Shown: piece after piece, positions 17,601 to 28,035 of the stretch
Layout of the letters: each line of letters begins with the position of its first letter
Position numbering within the stretch: the first letter of the stretch is position 1
Sequence record: MW845759.1
Strand: one strand, 5' to 3'
DNA: 64,000 nt
Position numbers and translations under genes: made by a program
The notes under the pieces: model-generated
Database searches by the model: none
Told to the model about the DNA's origin: nothing
Seen by the model: only the letters and a program-made list of their open reading frames with translations

Positions 17601-20323
17601 AAAAAGTCTTCTGCATCTGAGTTGCCGATACCAGTGACCCTATCTCCCTGAACGAACAGGCACATGGTGTACCCGTAGAAAAGATTGTTCGAGGTTTGAT
17701 CGTATTTCCCTTTCGGGAAGGTCAATCCGGTTTCATCAACACACAACGGGAAGAAATCGTCGTCGAGCGTGGCCGTTTTCGCGGTGAGATCGATAACATA
17801 AGACACCGTCCACTGAGGATCGCTATTTCGAATACCCTGCGCCTGCAACGAAGAACGGGCATGCAAACGAACACGAATTTTATTGCCTTTTGCTGCAGCA
17901 TAAATGTTTCTGCGGCTAAAGCTGATCATATTACGCGAAGTCCATTTCGCGGCCCCTTCTGGCGTGATGTACCAAAAGTTTGTCGTGTTAGGGTCAGTGG
18001 AGTTGGCACCATACGTTGAAAAACGCGCAGCATCGCCGGCGGGGTACTTCCCAGTTAGCGGCACTTTGGACATCAGCAGGTCGGAAGTTTTCCCGACTAG
18101 ACTTTCATCCAACGTCCAAATACAGGTATAAAAGTCTTGGGGGACCAAGTACATTTTAAGCAGGCACACTTTCCCCTCGGTTAACACCAACCGGTCTTCA
18201 TTGGTGTTAAAGTACGAAGGGGTAATTGGGTCGACTGTTCCGCCATTAAGCGCTTCCAAGGTCACGCGCGAGACACGGGTGTGTTTCGCCATGTTCATGG
18301 TGCCGTCAAACATAACCAAATAGTATTTGTTATCGGTCCCTTGGAAAATACCGCATTCATCACCAATGACAGTGACCGTTTTGAACTTCACGTTCGGGGC
18401 GATAGCTTTTAGCCCCACGGGCACATACTCTACGGTGGTTGGAATCGGATTGGAAACTGCGCCTGTTTCACTCACATCCGCTGTCCAATACAACACCATC
18501 TCGGAGCCGGCATACCCGCTCGTGGCATTACGAAGCACATAGAACTTACCGTTCTCTTCCCGTCCGATGTTTGCCCGAAGTGCGGCTTCCATTTGTTGAG
18601 ACGAGCCGTCGTAACGTCCGGCAGTAGGGATAGGCAGAAAGCCACTGTCTCCGTAATACGTCCCGCTGGCCACCCACGACGGTAACAGGTTGTTGGCTTT
18701 GTCTTCTGCCCCATCGATATCCAGTTTCAACTGGTAACCGAGTTTAGAGACCGCCGCCCGTTGTGTCGTGTAGTCAATGCCTGCCGCCAGATACGCCAAG
18801 CCTGACAGGATTGGAGACGCCGTTGGGACGTTCTGCAAGTCTGCTGCAACGTGGGTGTGGACTTTCAGCGCCTTAGTGGTTAACTGGTCACGGAACACCT
18901 GCGTCACGGGCTTGTCAGCCGGTGCTGTGTTGTTGACCTTATCCAGACCGAACGACAGCGCCGTCAGGTTAATGGTTTGGGTCGAACCGAAGGCTGCGTT
19001 GTTGATTTTGAAAGTCTCATCAACGTAGTTATTCAGTTTCAACAGCAGGTCGTTCACCCCCTTCTGCGACAGCGCGTAGTTCGGTGCAATAACCTCTACA
19101 CTGTCTGTCAAACGGAACAACCCTTCTACGGTATTCGTCGCAGCCGGGGTTTGAGCCGTCATGTTCAGTGGGGACTGCGTTGAGCCATTACCGCCCATCA
19201 ATACTGTCGACGTGGACTTGAAGCTTGGTTGAGCATTCGAGTTCAGTGGGGCATAGAGGTACAGGTTAATGGACTCCGGGGTAATTAAGAAAGCGCCGTT
19301 GTAAATCGGACGGACATCTTTCGCCCCTGCAGCATTACCTTTGGACGGCACGAACAGTTCATCGTAACCTGCACGGGAGGACACCCCTACCCCGCGCTGG
19401 TTGTTGTCACTGTCTGCCGCCAGCTCAATGACGGCTTCTGCACCGGTCAACAGGATTTTGCCTGCAGTAAACCGCAGAGCAGACTTCCCGTCTTGCGTGG
19501 CGTACATCAGCTCATCGTTATTGATAGCACGGAACCGACCGAAGACCTGACCCATGGTATCTTCGAGCAGCCCATCCACAATACGCTGTGAGATTTTGTG
19601 CTCGACCATAATCGCCACTAACTCAGCAAGCGTCTTACTGAACGCTTTCACCGCGTTGGTCGCCGCATCCCCAGCCGCTAACGCCCCGATTTGCGCCGGG
19701 GTGTATTTGTGCTGATGAGGCGTTTTATGGTGCTGTAACAGTTTATCCGCATACAGCTTTTGGGCTGCACGAGACAGGGCGGTTAAGGCGGTATTAATCT
19801 CGGTGTCGAGTTGCCCGGCCTTCGCTTCAATCTTCAGACGGATACCATCAATCGATTTGGCCACCTCATCACGCTGTAGCGCTTCAGCAAGCGTAGCAGG
19901 TGGGTCAATCGGGTCAATGGTTATTGGATAACGCATCAACGATTTCCAGTCGATGTTGCGCGGTTCTGTCAGTTCCGGATTAACTAAGAAGATGCCAATG
20001 TCCGATTCAGGAACCGAATAAGACGAGCCGAGAACCTGAGCTTTATAGGTAATCTCGGTTTTGGTCAGTAGCATTATCCCGCCGAAAAGCTGAGCGTTCG
20101 CGGCGTGAGCACCCTCTGAGTAATACAACGCGAGGTAATAATCGATACCTTCGAATAACAGATTCCCCGCTGTGTCCTTAACCTCTAAGCCGTTACGAAA
20201 GAAGGGTGCCTCGAGAGGCACCACTAAATTGAAACGGTTAGGATAAGTGGACGACTTGAGGGAACCTTCCGCGATGTTATCAGGACTTTCGCCCGTCAAA
20301 TCTTCGGGATAATGTTTTCTCAT
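14639..20323 (-). CDS. Putative long tail fibre/receptor-binding protein (1894 aa)
   Basis: YPEDLTG N-terminus; AT...G..L fibre repeats; DKVNNTAPADKPV motif; distal lectin/jelly-roll-like segments (SNDGDNDG, VDDSVDVYLNG). Confidence 0.75.
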   Translation of the reverse strand: MRKHYPEDLTGESPDNIAEGSLKSSTYPNRFNLVVPLEAPFFRNGLEVKDTAGNLLFEGIDYYLALYYSEGAHAANAQLFGGIMLLTKTEITYKAQVLGSSYSVPESDIGIFLVNPELTEPRNIDWKSLMRYPITIDPIDPPATLAEALQRDEVAKSIDGIRLKIEAKAGQLDTEINTALTALSRAAQKLYADKLLQHHKTPHQHKYTPAQIGALAAGDAATNAVKAFSKTLAELVAIMVEHKISQRIVDGLLEDTMGQVFGRFRAINNDELMYATQDGKSALRFTAGKILLTGAEAVIELAADSDNNQRGVGVSSRAGYDELFVPSKGNAAGAKDVRPIYNGAFLITPESINLYLYAPLNSNAQPSFKSTSTVLMGGNGSTQSPLNMTAQTPAATNTVEGLFRLTDSVEVIAPNYALSQKGVNDLLLKLNNYVDETFKINNAAFGSTQTINLTALSFGLDKVNNTAPADKPVTQVFRDQLTTKALKVHTHVAADLQNVPTASPILSGLAYLAAGIDYTTQRAAVSKLGYQLKLDIDGAEDKANNLLPSWVASGTYYGDSGFLPIPTAGRYDGSSQQMEAALRANIGREENGKFYVLRNATSGYAGSEMVLYWTADVSETGAVSNPIPTTVEYVPVGLKAIAPNVKFKTVTVIGDECGIFQGTDNKYYLVMFDGTMNMAKHTRVSRVTLEALNGGTVDPITPSYFNTNEDRLVLTEGKVCLLKMYLVPQDFYTCIWTLDESLVGKTSDLLMSKVPLTGKYPAGDAARFSTYGANSTDPNTTNFWYITPEGAAKWTSRNMISFSRRNIYAAAKGNKIRVRLHARSSLQAQGIRNSDPQWTVSYVIDLTAKTATLDDDFFPLCVDETGLTFPKGKYDQTSNNLFYGYTMCLFVQGDRVTGIGNSDAEDFLVRFRLPNADAFESARWNADWTNSIGNSVNVLGPYASPYILRMRGMAALGGTAKKMLLRQRSTGSCMSIAYDTDTTYGVPDYVGWGPSNDREVVSQNDYEAICRLGQVYNGSQSYLNGASFRKAESRAYRNIAGTTTITNERVTISAEQWSAIENFLDAKIPGWLAIDPTLRIAWLSIFDFGGQNLCVLQTCILTPNATAGGFDNSTYFYRIPMTFDNGIISLSMLGGIEVWKEEKFRVSAVTLNDLAEMSQMRLIKRSDGWLLRTRTLCRVNTSSSSTDLSYLLKISQDLTTWTGTRISFNPSNNEIDYVYLQETDEIAKIGFVMLGVYLGGTVYSGKGIAFETGGRPTILFGPQVAEGMILYITQAVPFFAKMEDHLVPAATFDFKTLFPTDYQDATFYFHVQLNASGVAEYLVSKTQLPDTASRLYIGYATTTSNAITDAKISRVKRLGRVGALLSHADNRYAHGYLPSAAAPDTLYSNMENLGTVDSFAFPSFEDIYNSWYRFSHNNSTVAQPANESELVAWRYVAADDVVECTLNTATFVGFISDELVGDYVFNTVVTSNDGDNDGVAVVLAALKKEDTAANVEQTLCLAIGNSIESHVNLSGLIQLKENYRQASSRLITTLDADTTDLLAWSKWYAHVYAERRGNKLYIAVEHALLPTTGVRDDNIRAIIAAKKGLTLSQLRNTATYKYAEVDLVTAAPTFARSCRFGYGATSQNATRFWNITRPGADLTKSYGTAAALETANQLGGNFNAIQRLTFPASAFPWMLLTNYAEKLWPNVGTRASAYSPPLASPAITLLPESKLAAGTAWATKTSFTPTSSSLVLNVQVDDSVDVYLNGVSKGTLSGNANLTLTGALLNQPNALAFVVKEAPGNSPCYIAFELVQDGTTKLAVSNAAMTGVKLPNPASPTTLTGTNAVGGQTIVVPTGKDYILAMRQSGGAKAPVMFWTEERAFAGGKYVDIYFDATTATVLDVMIHDSTLSV

Positions 20324-20326
20324 TAC

Positions 20327-23300
20327 TTATTCCTTTTCAAGATTTAGCTGCTTAACCACGAAGTCCCAGTTACGCTGGGTCAAGTTCCATGGGTTCTGCA
20401 TTGCAATCATTGGGATTTTACCGAACTCGTACGCGTACCAATCCGCCACGTTTGTTTCGAGTGTCTTGGTCGTGTTGTCGTTGTACGTGATGGTAAACTT
20501 CGCCTTCACAAAACACGTTAACGCGCCGGCTGTTGGTTCAGTGGTTACGGTGAAGTAACCTTTAAAGTTAGCACTCGGCACATAATTGATAGTTGCCGTA
20601 GCGTTACCCACTGCACCCGCTTGGTTGGACTTCGCAACCTGTTGGCCATCTACCCACGCACTCAGTACACCCTGACCCGCAATATTCACGGATACGGTTT
20701 TGGCGTTGGTCAATAGTCCCGGTTCGATATGCGTTGCCGCATAACCCCGGCGATTAAGGTTTGCCAATCCGATGGCAGTCCCTGCGTCGGTTCCTGGGTT
20801 CAGGAAATCGTCCGCCGGTACCGGGGTGACACCAAACGTCGACTCACGTGAACCTACTTGCCACAGCCCGTGAGGAACGGTGTACGTCGCGGTATCACGC
20901 AGAATGTTCGTCGTCTCTTCGGTGAGTATCACCTGAGTGGCAATATCCGCGTCTACCATTTCCGCCCCTAAGAAGAACCCAACACGTCCGCGCTGAAGTC
21001 CGTTCTTTTTCGCCGCATACGCCGACAGCTCAGAGCCACGGATATACGACTTGATAAGGCCAGTGTGGTAGTTCAGACGCGTCAGGTATTCCGTTGGGAT
21101 GTTACACTCGAAGATAGACCCCATGATGCGGTAGCCTGTTTTGCCGGTTGAGGAATATCCCACGTACGGCCCTTCGAAGAAACGCGAAATGTCCTGACTG
21201 AACACCAACGAACAGAAGCGGTGTGCTTCAGTACGGGTAGACTCACCCACGCCACCAATCATGATATTCAAGCGATTCTCCGCCGGAATATAACGATATC
21301 GGATTGCAATCACCCGTGGCTTTTTAATTGACACGCTATCCACGTGGGTCGGGAAGGCAAAGTCAGCAGCGACCGCAACATCTTCTTCACGAGTAAACGG
21401 TACCAGATTCGTGAGGGCGATATTAACGAACGGCTGAGCAACTGGCTGCGGGTTGACCTCATTAACGAACGCGATGGACGCCGTGCCCGTCGCAGCGGAA
21501 TCAATAGCAAACAAAGACAACACTTCATGTTTACCGTTGATTGCACTGGCAACGAACTCGATAACCCCGGATTCATTAGCCATGAAAGAACCGTCGTACG
21601 TGACCCGGCGTTTTGCCTGAGGGTTCGCCATGTTCTTCCAACGGAACGGGGATTGTCCCTTCACACCTACCCACAGACGTAGCGGTGCAGCCGCTGCAGC
21701 ACCTTCTGCGACAATCAGTGTACCTTGCGTACGTAAAGTCATCCCAGCAGCATCAGAGAACAGCGCGACACTCGGCGTGGAGGTAACGGCTTTATCAGCC
21801 ACCCCGTACGGTTCAGTAATCTCCAAGCCCGGCACTTTCACATCAGCAGGACTGTAGTCGCTCGCTGTTGTATCAATACCGCCGTGAGCACGCTGGTCAG
21901 CAATATGCTCTTGCAACTCACGGAACTGACCGAAGTCAATCACTTGGTTAAACTGAATCGGCCCGCCTGAAGTCACGACTGCCGTCGCGTTAGTATCAAC
22001 ATAGCCCAGATAGAGCATCTCGGTGTTCAATGAGTCGCTCGGTACTGGCGCCCCTACCGCCTGGAATTTACCCAATGTTACGTTCCCGTAAATAAAGAAA
22101 CGCATATTCGCAGTTGGGAAGTTGGTGGCAATGGTGCCAATGCGGGTTGCGGCTGAACTGGTGTATACCGGGGTGGTGTCGTCCATGATGTCAAACGCCA
22201 TAGACGCCGGTTTGGTAGTGTCTTCGCACAACGACATAATAGCAATCGCATGCACACCCGGCAGTAACTCAATCTCCACATTCGGATCGGTCGCTGCTTC
22301 CACAACCGGGTTTTCATCTACCCAGATAGACACCTTACCTGCAGAACGCACACGGATTTTGATGATGTCATCTGTAAAGCGTAAACGCACCTTCGAGGCC
22401 AACTTAAGACCTGCTGCACCTAAGCGGTTGTTCGCCATCGAAACAGCAACCGCTTGCGGCAGTGGGTTAGTCGGCTGAGTGGTATGTACCACGCCGGCAC
22501 TCCAGTTGTTCTCGATACCGCACGCGGTGTAATACCACGTTCCGCTCGGAACCGCTGCAAGGTTAACCACACCGTCAAACGTCCCTTCTGCCGAATCTAA
22601 CGCGCGGGCTACGAAATAACGGTATGCAGTGGTAGGTGTCAGGTTCCAGCCGGATACGTTAAAGGTGACCGACTCCACCGAGGTGAACTCTAAGGTGTCT
22701 TTGTACATCACACCGAAGAAACGTTTGTTGATATCCACCAAACGGTCGTTCAACGCCTTCAGTACCGCTGGCGCAACAGCCTGACCATCTTCCACTTCGG
22801 AAAGTTGGGAGGCCACCTTAACCGTACCGTACGCCATACGCGTGGCTTGCCCGATTTGCAGCATTGACCAATCGTGCTTGTGGTCTTTGGCTACTAAGGC
22901 ATCCGTACGCGCTTTCTGCGGCGTTGAGAGCGGTTTATTCAAGTCAGCAGTGTTATCTACTGAACCCAAATTTAAATCGCTCTTATCGAGGGTAATGCCG
23001 GCACCGGACATCGGCTTGTTATTAATCAGCAGTGTCTTCGGCACCATGTCATTGAAACCGTCGTTGTACGGCTTACCGGAGGCAGGCGTTGCCGCCACCC
23101 CATCGGCCACCGCGCCCGGACCGGTTACGAGCTTTACCTTACCCGGCAACGCCTTGGTCGCTTTCGGGATATTCAGCTCAGCTTCAAGTGGCGCAGACGG
23201 TGTACCTTTCCCTTTGAACGTCATGTTCGTTGAGGAGATATTAATCTGCACGTTCTCCGGGTCACCGTTGGCGTCTTTCGACTGGTACTTCTTCACGGTA

Positions 23301-24349
23301 CGGCCAGTCAGTAAAGCGACACCGTTCAGGGTGAGTTTATCGACGCCTAACGCGGTACCGTTGGTGGTGACACGCAGGGTGTTCGTTCCACACACGTACT
23401 CCACGTATTTAGCGCCTGACAAATCCGTCCCTGCTGCCGCCACAATACCACCTTGAGTAATCAGCTGAATCTTCGCAGCCGACAGAATCAGTTTAGTCGT
23501 ATTGGTGCTATCGGCGATAACGGTTGCCCCGTCCGCAAACTGGAAGGTGCCTTTAACGTTCTTCGACAGATAGCGGTGGATATACAGCTGGATATCGGCA
23601 TCAGACAAACCCTGTGAGCGGATGTTTTCAATCAACTCACGCAGGTTCTTTCCGTAGGCCAGAAACGTGTCCGGCACTTCCAACCCAACCGGATGCGCAT
23701 TAAGTTGGGTCGGGGTGACAGCGTGCGGGTCAGTTGCCGCAATGTGTGCCGGATAGTTAAATGCTTCAATATCGGTGAACAGTTGGTTCGCTTGTTGCGT
23801 CAAGACCTGCAAGTCTGTTTTCAGGTCTTGCACATCCGCATCAACAGCAGCGGCCACATCATCCACCGCAGAGGCAGTGTACTGTTTGTTCTTGGCATCG
23901 GCCCAACTGGTGTAGCTGGGCTTTTGTGGGAACAGTGCAGGCACCCCATTCAACGAACGGTAGCTGGCCGAACGGGGGTTATTAATGTATTTAATCAGGT
24001 AGTCCAGAATCTCCGTCAGGGGATCGTAGAAATCACCCCCCAACAGATTTCCGTTGAACACGAGATTGCCACTGATTTCAGGATTAATGAACTGGACACC
24101 GCAGTAGACCGGTGGTGCATCTGTAGCCAATGAAGCCTTCAGTGCCGACAGCTCATAAACGTATTCGTAGTCGGAGCCTTCATCCAACGGGGTGGTGCTG
24201 TTCCCGTTGAAGATTTGTAAAGCCCCGAAGAACGGGGCATGGCTTAACATGATAACACGGTCGGTGTTCTCATTGGACTCGAGAATACGCTCCTCAGTGA
24301 AGACGTTGGTGGTCGCCTTCCCTGTCGGGTCGTACGGATATCTAGTCAT
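20327..24349 (-). CDS. Putative long tail fibre (1340 aa)
   Basis: YPYDPTG N-terminus; LGSVDNTADLNKPLS; ATKALPGKVKL and ATRMAYGTVKV repeats; two W(V)D jelly-roll-like modules. Confidence 0.75.
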   Translation of the reverse strand: MTRYPYDPTGKATTNVFTEERILESNENTDRVIMLSHAPFFGALQIFNGNSTTPLDEGSDYEYVYELSALKASLATDAPPVYCGVQFINPEISGNLVFNGNLLGGDFYDPLTEILDYLIKYINNPRSASYRSLNGVPALFPQKPSYTSWADAKNKQYTASAVDDVAAAVDADVQDLKTDLQVLTQQANQLFTDIEAFNYPAHIAATDPHAVTPTQLNAHPVGLEVPDTFLAYGKNLRELIENIRSQGLSDADIQLYIHRYLSKNVKGTFQFADGATVIADSTNTTKLILSAAKIQLITQGGIVAAAGTDLSGAKYVEYVCGTNTLRVTTNGTALGVDKLTLNGVALLTGRTVKKYQSKDANGDPENVQINISSTNMTFKGKGTPSAPLEAELNIPKATKALPGKVKLVTGPGAVADGVAATPASGKPYNDGFNDMVPKTLLINNKPMSGAGITLDKSDLNLGSVDNTADLNKPLSTPQKARTDALVAKDHKHDWSMLQIGQATRMAYGTVKVASQLSEVEDGQAVAPAVLKALNDRLVDINKRFFGVMYKDTLEFTSVESVTFNVSGWNLTPTTAYRYFVARALDSAEGTFDGVVNLAAVPSGTWYYTACGIENNWSAGVVHTTQPTNPLPQAVAVSMANNRLGAAGLKLASKVRLRFTDDIIKIRVRSAGKVSIWVDENPVVEAATDPNVEIELLPGVHAIAIMSLCEDTTKPASMAFDIMDDTTPVYTSSAATRIGTIATNFPTANMRFFIYGNVTLGKFQAVGAPVPSDSLNTEMLYLGYVDTNATAVVTSGGPIQFNQVIDFGQFRELQEHIADQRAHGGIDTTASDYSPADVKVPGLEITEPYGVADKAVTSTPSVALFSDAAGMTLRTQGTLIVAEGAAAAAPLRLWVGVKGQSPFRWKNMANPQAKRRVTYDGSFMANESGVIEFVASAINGKHEVLSLFAIDSAATGTASIAFVNEVNPQPVAQPFVNIALTNLVPFTREEDVAVAADFAFPTHVDSVSIKKPRVIAIRYRYIPAENRLNIMIGGVGESTRTEAHRFCSLVFSQDISRFFEGPYVGYSSTGKTGYRIMGSIFECNIPTEYLTRLNYHTGLIKSYIRGSELSAYAAKKNGLQRGRVGFFLGAEMVDADIATQVILTEETTNILRDTATYTVPHGLWQVGSRESTFGVTPVPADDFLNPGTDAGTAIGLANLNRRGYAATHIEPGLLTNAKTVSVNIAGQGVLSAWVDGQQVAKSNQAGAVGNATATINYVPSANFKGYFTVTTEPTAGALTCFVKAKFTITYNDNTTKTLETNVADWYAYEFGKIPMIAMQNPWNLTQRNWDFVVKQLNLEKE

Positions 24350-24359
24350 TACGAATCCT

Positions 24360-27300
24360 TTATTTCGTCGAGCGTACCATCAGCATTGCATACGCTTTTT
24401 TGTTTGAATAGTAAGAACAGTTTTCTGGCAAGTAAGTAATGCCGCGTGAATCCGCTGTCAAGAAGGCGGGTTGTCCTACCTCTGTTTGGATTTGTGCCTG
24501 CGTCAGCGTTGCCGAGGACAAGTCCCCGCGGGCAACACGCACTTTAGACAATGGGGAGACGTTATCGATTAACGACCCCAGCGTACTGTACATACCCGCA
24601 GGGTTAACCGTAGGGTGTATCTGGAACGTATAAGTGCTTTTCGACTTATACAGACCCAATACACCAACCATCGCGCTACCCAAGAAGAAATCGGTAGCAA
24701 TGCCTTTCGCACGCATTAACGGCTCCAGTTGGGTCGTTTTACTTTGACCTAAGCTGTTGCTAACAACCACCGTCATAGCGTCGAAGTCGATAACAAACTT
24801 TTCCGTTACCGCATCTAAGCTGCTGACCGCGCCGGGCTGAACCGTAAAGACGTTCCCGACACGAGCGATGACTATTGGCTTAACGACTAATTGAGAAAGC
24901 TTCTGGGTCGCAGACCGCGCAGTAACACCCGGAATGATAATCTGCGAACTCTTACCTGCATCGATAACGACTGCATGGATAGTAGGCTGCCCAGAATCAG
25001 TTACCCAACCCCCCGCATCGGGGTTAGCAATGATGGAGAGGGTATGTTCCTCCGTTTTCACTTGTCGATAAGACAGCAACCAACCTAACCACCCGCCGTT
25101 GTCAGCGGTGGTATCAGTCGCAACCGTACCCCTCAAGGTATAACCCGCCTGCTTCTGAGAATGCACCAGACCGGTAGCGTTGACCTGTCCAGCGCCATAA
25201 TTGGTAAGCATCAATGTTTGACCGGCCTGCGTCCACGTTGCGGTATTAAAGACACTCTGCCAATCTCGGAGACCGTTAGTGAACCCGACTTTGTAGTTGC
25301 CGACAGCAGCAGGGATATTCCGAATACTGGACAGCCCCACGCTGTCTTTATCCACCGTGGTCACGTTATGCGCATTTGGGTTATCCACATGTTCAGTGAA
25401 CTCGCGGAAGCCACCTAAACGGGTAACGTTGTTAATGACCGCACGAACAATCGAGTCACCGTCCGTTACCACGGTGCCGATTTCGGTCAAGGTATCGTTT
25501 TCCTGACGGCGGGTCCCACTGATGGAGTACACTGCTGTACCGTCCGCTACCGCATCAACGTATACGTAGAACGTTTTATTAGTATACGCGCCCGGGAACA
25601 GGTCGACCAAGTTGTAAGACTTCGCCGCCACGGTACGTTTGCCACCGCAGTAGTAAGAGCTGGCTGGCAGGGAGACCATGTAGTCTTCAGTTTCCACGCC
25701 TTCAATCAGCCCGGTACCGGAATTACCATAACGCAGGATGTTGATGACTGCCGGAGACAAGGTATCACTCGACTCGGTATCAACCGCATCCAACCGTGCA
25801 GACTGCGCCAATACTTCACGCCCGTCCAATGCAATAGTGGCATCGTTTTCAAGTCCGCCCAGTTTCACCAAGCCTTTGACCGTGGTCGTGGCATTGACAA
25901 TACCGAACATGCTCGCGGGGTGGGTGTGGTTAGGGTCGTTTTCGTAGTCGGCAATCAACGTTTCCATTGCGGTCGACATCGGCATCAACATGTCCGAGAT
26001 ATCCACCACCTCTGACAGCCCATACATGGACTTGGACAGGGTGATAGAACCAGCGAGTTTAACACCGTTGATGTTCGCCGTGCCCTTCAACAGTTTACCG
26101 GTGAAGTTTGCGGCAAGCTTCGTAATCAGCGCCGGTGTAGCGGCCAGTGCAGAGCTGGTGCCGAAATCATCAGTTACCATACGCATGGCCAACGCACTTA
26201 AGTCAGCCGCCGACGGTTCTTTCCACGTGGCCACAAACGGACTGGAGCCAATGCCCTTACCGGTTAAGGTAATAGTCGCCGTACTGACACCCACGAACCC
26301 TGCAGCCGCAGCGCCCCCTTGAGGGATATACGGACCGACAGTATCGTGCGTTAACAGCTTAGAACCGTTCCACGTTAAACCACGCCCGTCGTTATACAGT
26401 CGCAGCACACCGGTACCCGCTTTGATATCAATGTACTGCGCAGCAGTGACAGAGATGTTATCATTACGAGCAATCAGCCACGACTGCAGCTTATCGAACT
26501 TCGACAGGATGCGAATGTTGGAGGCATCAGAACCTTGCGTATGTTGGGTCAGACCTTCGACGCCGACAATGGTTCCGCGCAGTAAACGCGCAGTGGTCTC
26601 ACGACGCACTTTGGTGGCGAGGTTAGCCGCGGTAGGAGCCAGTCCATTGACGTAAGTGGTTAACTGGGGCAGCGTACGGTTATAGATACGCACCGCATCC
26701 GCAGAGATACCGTTACGCACCAACGCTTTAATCCAGCCAGCCTCTTCGTTGTGCGGGTTGTCCTTACGCAGGATATGCTCACGTGCCGGAGACTGGTCGA
26801 AGCTCTCGCGGAGCAGTTTATACCAAACGGTTAACAGCCCTTTGATATCTTCCGTGATGCCAGCAGTAAAGCCCGGACACTGAAGGATTTGCATGTAACC
26901 CGTGTTACGGAACTGCACCGTGGTACGTAGGTCAGTTGGCCCCGCCAGACGCGCAGCAACATTATACTGCGCATACGTGTTGGCAATCGCTGTTGGTGGG
27001 TTGTTGTGCTCCACCTTCATTTTACCCAGCACACCAGCATCGTTGCTAATCTGCACTTCTACGGACTGGTTAGGTTCTGAACGGGCAATGCGCACACGGA
27101 ACGGTTTGGTGAAGTTCGCAACCGGGAACGCAACACTGGCGATGTCGTAATACTGCCATACGCTCGAAACCGACACCATCAACTGGAGACGGAACGCCCC
27201 GTTAATGTGGCGCAGACAAATACAGACAAACGGGGAAGCCCAGCTGTTGTCAACTAAGCTGTTGAACGCTTCTTTTGTCACATCAGTATTCAATGCCGCT

Positions 27301-27989
27301 TTCGGCAGGTAATATTCAGCCTCGAAAACATAGTTCTCAAGGGCCGCGGCTTTCCCATTGCCAAAATCAAAGCGCCAAATGGTGTCCAGTGCAAAGTTGT
27401 GACGGCCTGTGGCGGCATCAAAGGTAACACGGGCTGCGCTATAGTCAGACGGTGGGTTGGCAGAGACGCTCGTTAATAACGGGTCTTTCTGAGGCTGCTT
27501 GTATTTCAGACCGTCGGCTAATACACCAAGGGCATCCATCAGCTCGCGCTCACCGCACCAGTTATCCCAGTCAAACTGAAGATCGACCGGTGGGAAATAC
27601 GGGTCACCTACAACGTCTTCCCAATACTTATCGGTGAAGACGGTGTTCCCGGCAATAAAAGCAGTTTTTTGTGCTGCCGTAGCAGCATTGATTCCTACGG
27701 GATGGTAGGTCACTGTTAATGCACGAGAAACGGTATCGTCAATGACTAAAATCGCACCGTGAATACGACGGGCAGTACGCAGCACCCCGGTGGCATACGG
27801 CAACACTTTATAATAGTGCACCTGCTCTTGGAGCTCCTTCGTACCATCGAAAAGCTTGAACTCAAGGTCGGTATAGAACGGACCGTGGGTTGGGAAAATA
27901 AGTCGCGGGCCAGTAGCGGGCAGAGTTTGTGCTTCTTTTGTCTGCACGTTTTCCGCTACAGTCCCATGTGGATCAAACACGACAGACAT
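24360..27989 (-). CDS. Putative long tail fibre (1209 aa)
   Basis: FDPHG..EN N-terminus; HILRKDNPH, ATTTVKGLVKL and HVDNPNAHNV motifs. Confidence 0.75.
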   Translation of the reverse strand: MSVVFDPHGTVAENVQTKEAQTLPATGPRLIFPTHGPFYTDLEFKLFDGTKELQEQVHYYKVLPYATGVLRTARRIHGAILVIDDTVSRALTVTYHPVGINAATAAQKTAFIAGNTVFTDKYWEDVVGDPYFPPVDLQFDWDNWCGERELMDALGVLADGLKYKQPQKDPLLTSVSANPPSDYSAARVTFDAATGRHNFALDTIWRFDFGNGKAAALENYVFEAEYYLPKAALNTDVTKEAFNSLVDNSWASPFVCICLRHINGAFRLQLMVSVSSVWQYYDIASVAFPVANFTKPFRVRIARSEPNQSVEVQISNDAGVLGKMKVEHNNPPTAIANTYAQYNVAARLAGPTDLRTTVQFRNTGYMQILQCPGFTAGITEDIKGLLTVWYKLLRESFDQSPAREHILRKDNPHNEEAGWIKALVRNGISADAVRIYNRTLPQLTTYVNGLAPTAANLATKVRRETTARLLRGTIVGVEGLTQHTQGSDASNIRILSKFDKLQSWLIARNDNISVTAAQYIDIKAGTGVLRLYNDGRGLTWNGSKLLTHDTVGPYIPQGGAAAAGFVGVSTATITLTGKGIGSSPFVATWKEPSAADLSALAMRMVTDDFGTSSALAATPALITKLAANFTGKLLKGTANINGVKLAGSITLSKSMYGLSEVVDISDMLMPMSTAMETLIADYENDPNHTHPASMFGIVNATTTVKGLVKLGGLENDATIALDGREVLAQSARLDAVDTESSDTLSPAVINILRYGNSGTGLIEGVETEDYMVSLPASSYYCGGKRTVAAKSYNLVDLFPGAYTNKTFYVYVDAVADGTAVYSISGTRRQENDTLTEIGTVVTDGDSIVRAVINNVTRLGGFREFTEHVDNPNAHNVTTVDKDSVGLSSIRNIPAAVGNYKVGFTNGLRDWQSVFNTATWTQAGQTLMLTNYGAGQVNATGLVHSQKQAGYTLRGTVATDTTADNGGWLGWLLSYRQVKTEEHTLSIIANPDAGGWVTDSGQPTIHAVVIDAGKSSQIIIPGVTARSATQKLSQLVVKPIVIARVGNVFTVQPGAVSSLDAVTEKFVIDFDAMTVVVSNSLGQSKTTQLEPLMRAKGIATDFFLGSAMVGVLGLYKSKSTYTFQIHPTVNPAGMYSTLGSLIDNVSPLSKVRVARGDLSSATLTQAQIQTEVGQPAFLTADSRGITYLPENCSYYSNKKAYAMLMVRSTK

Positions 27990-28020
27990 GGATTACTCCT
28001 TTGTAAACTGGGCCACCGAG

Positions 28021-28035
28021 GGTCATATTATGACC
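28021..28035. promoter_or_regulatory. Perfect palindrome GGTCATA-T-TATGACC between divergent structural genes; candidate bidirectional late promoter/operator
   Basis: Places TATG on both strands; TATG is the reported phiKZ late-promoter core. Confidence 0.5.
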
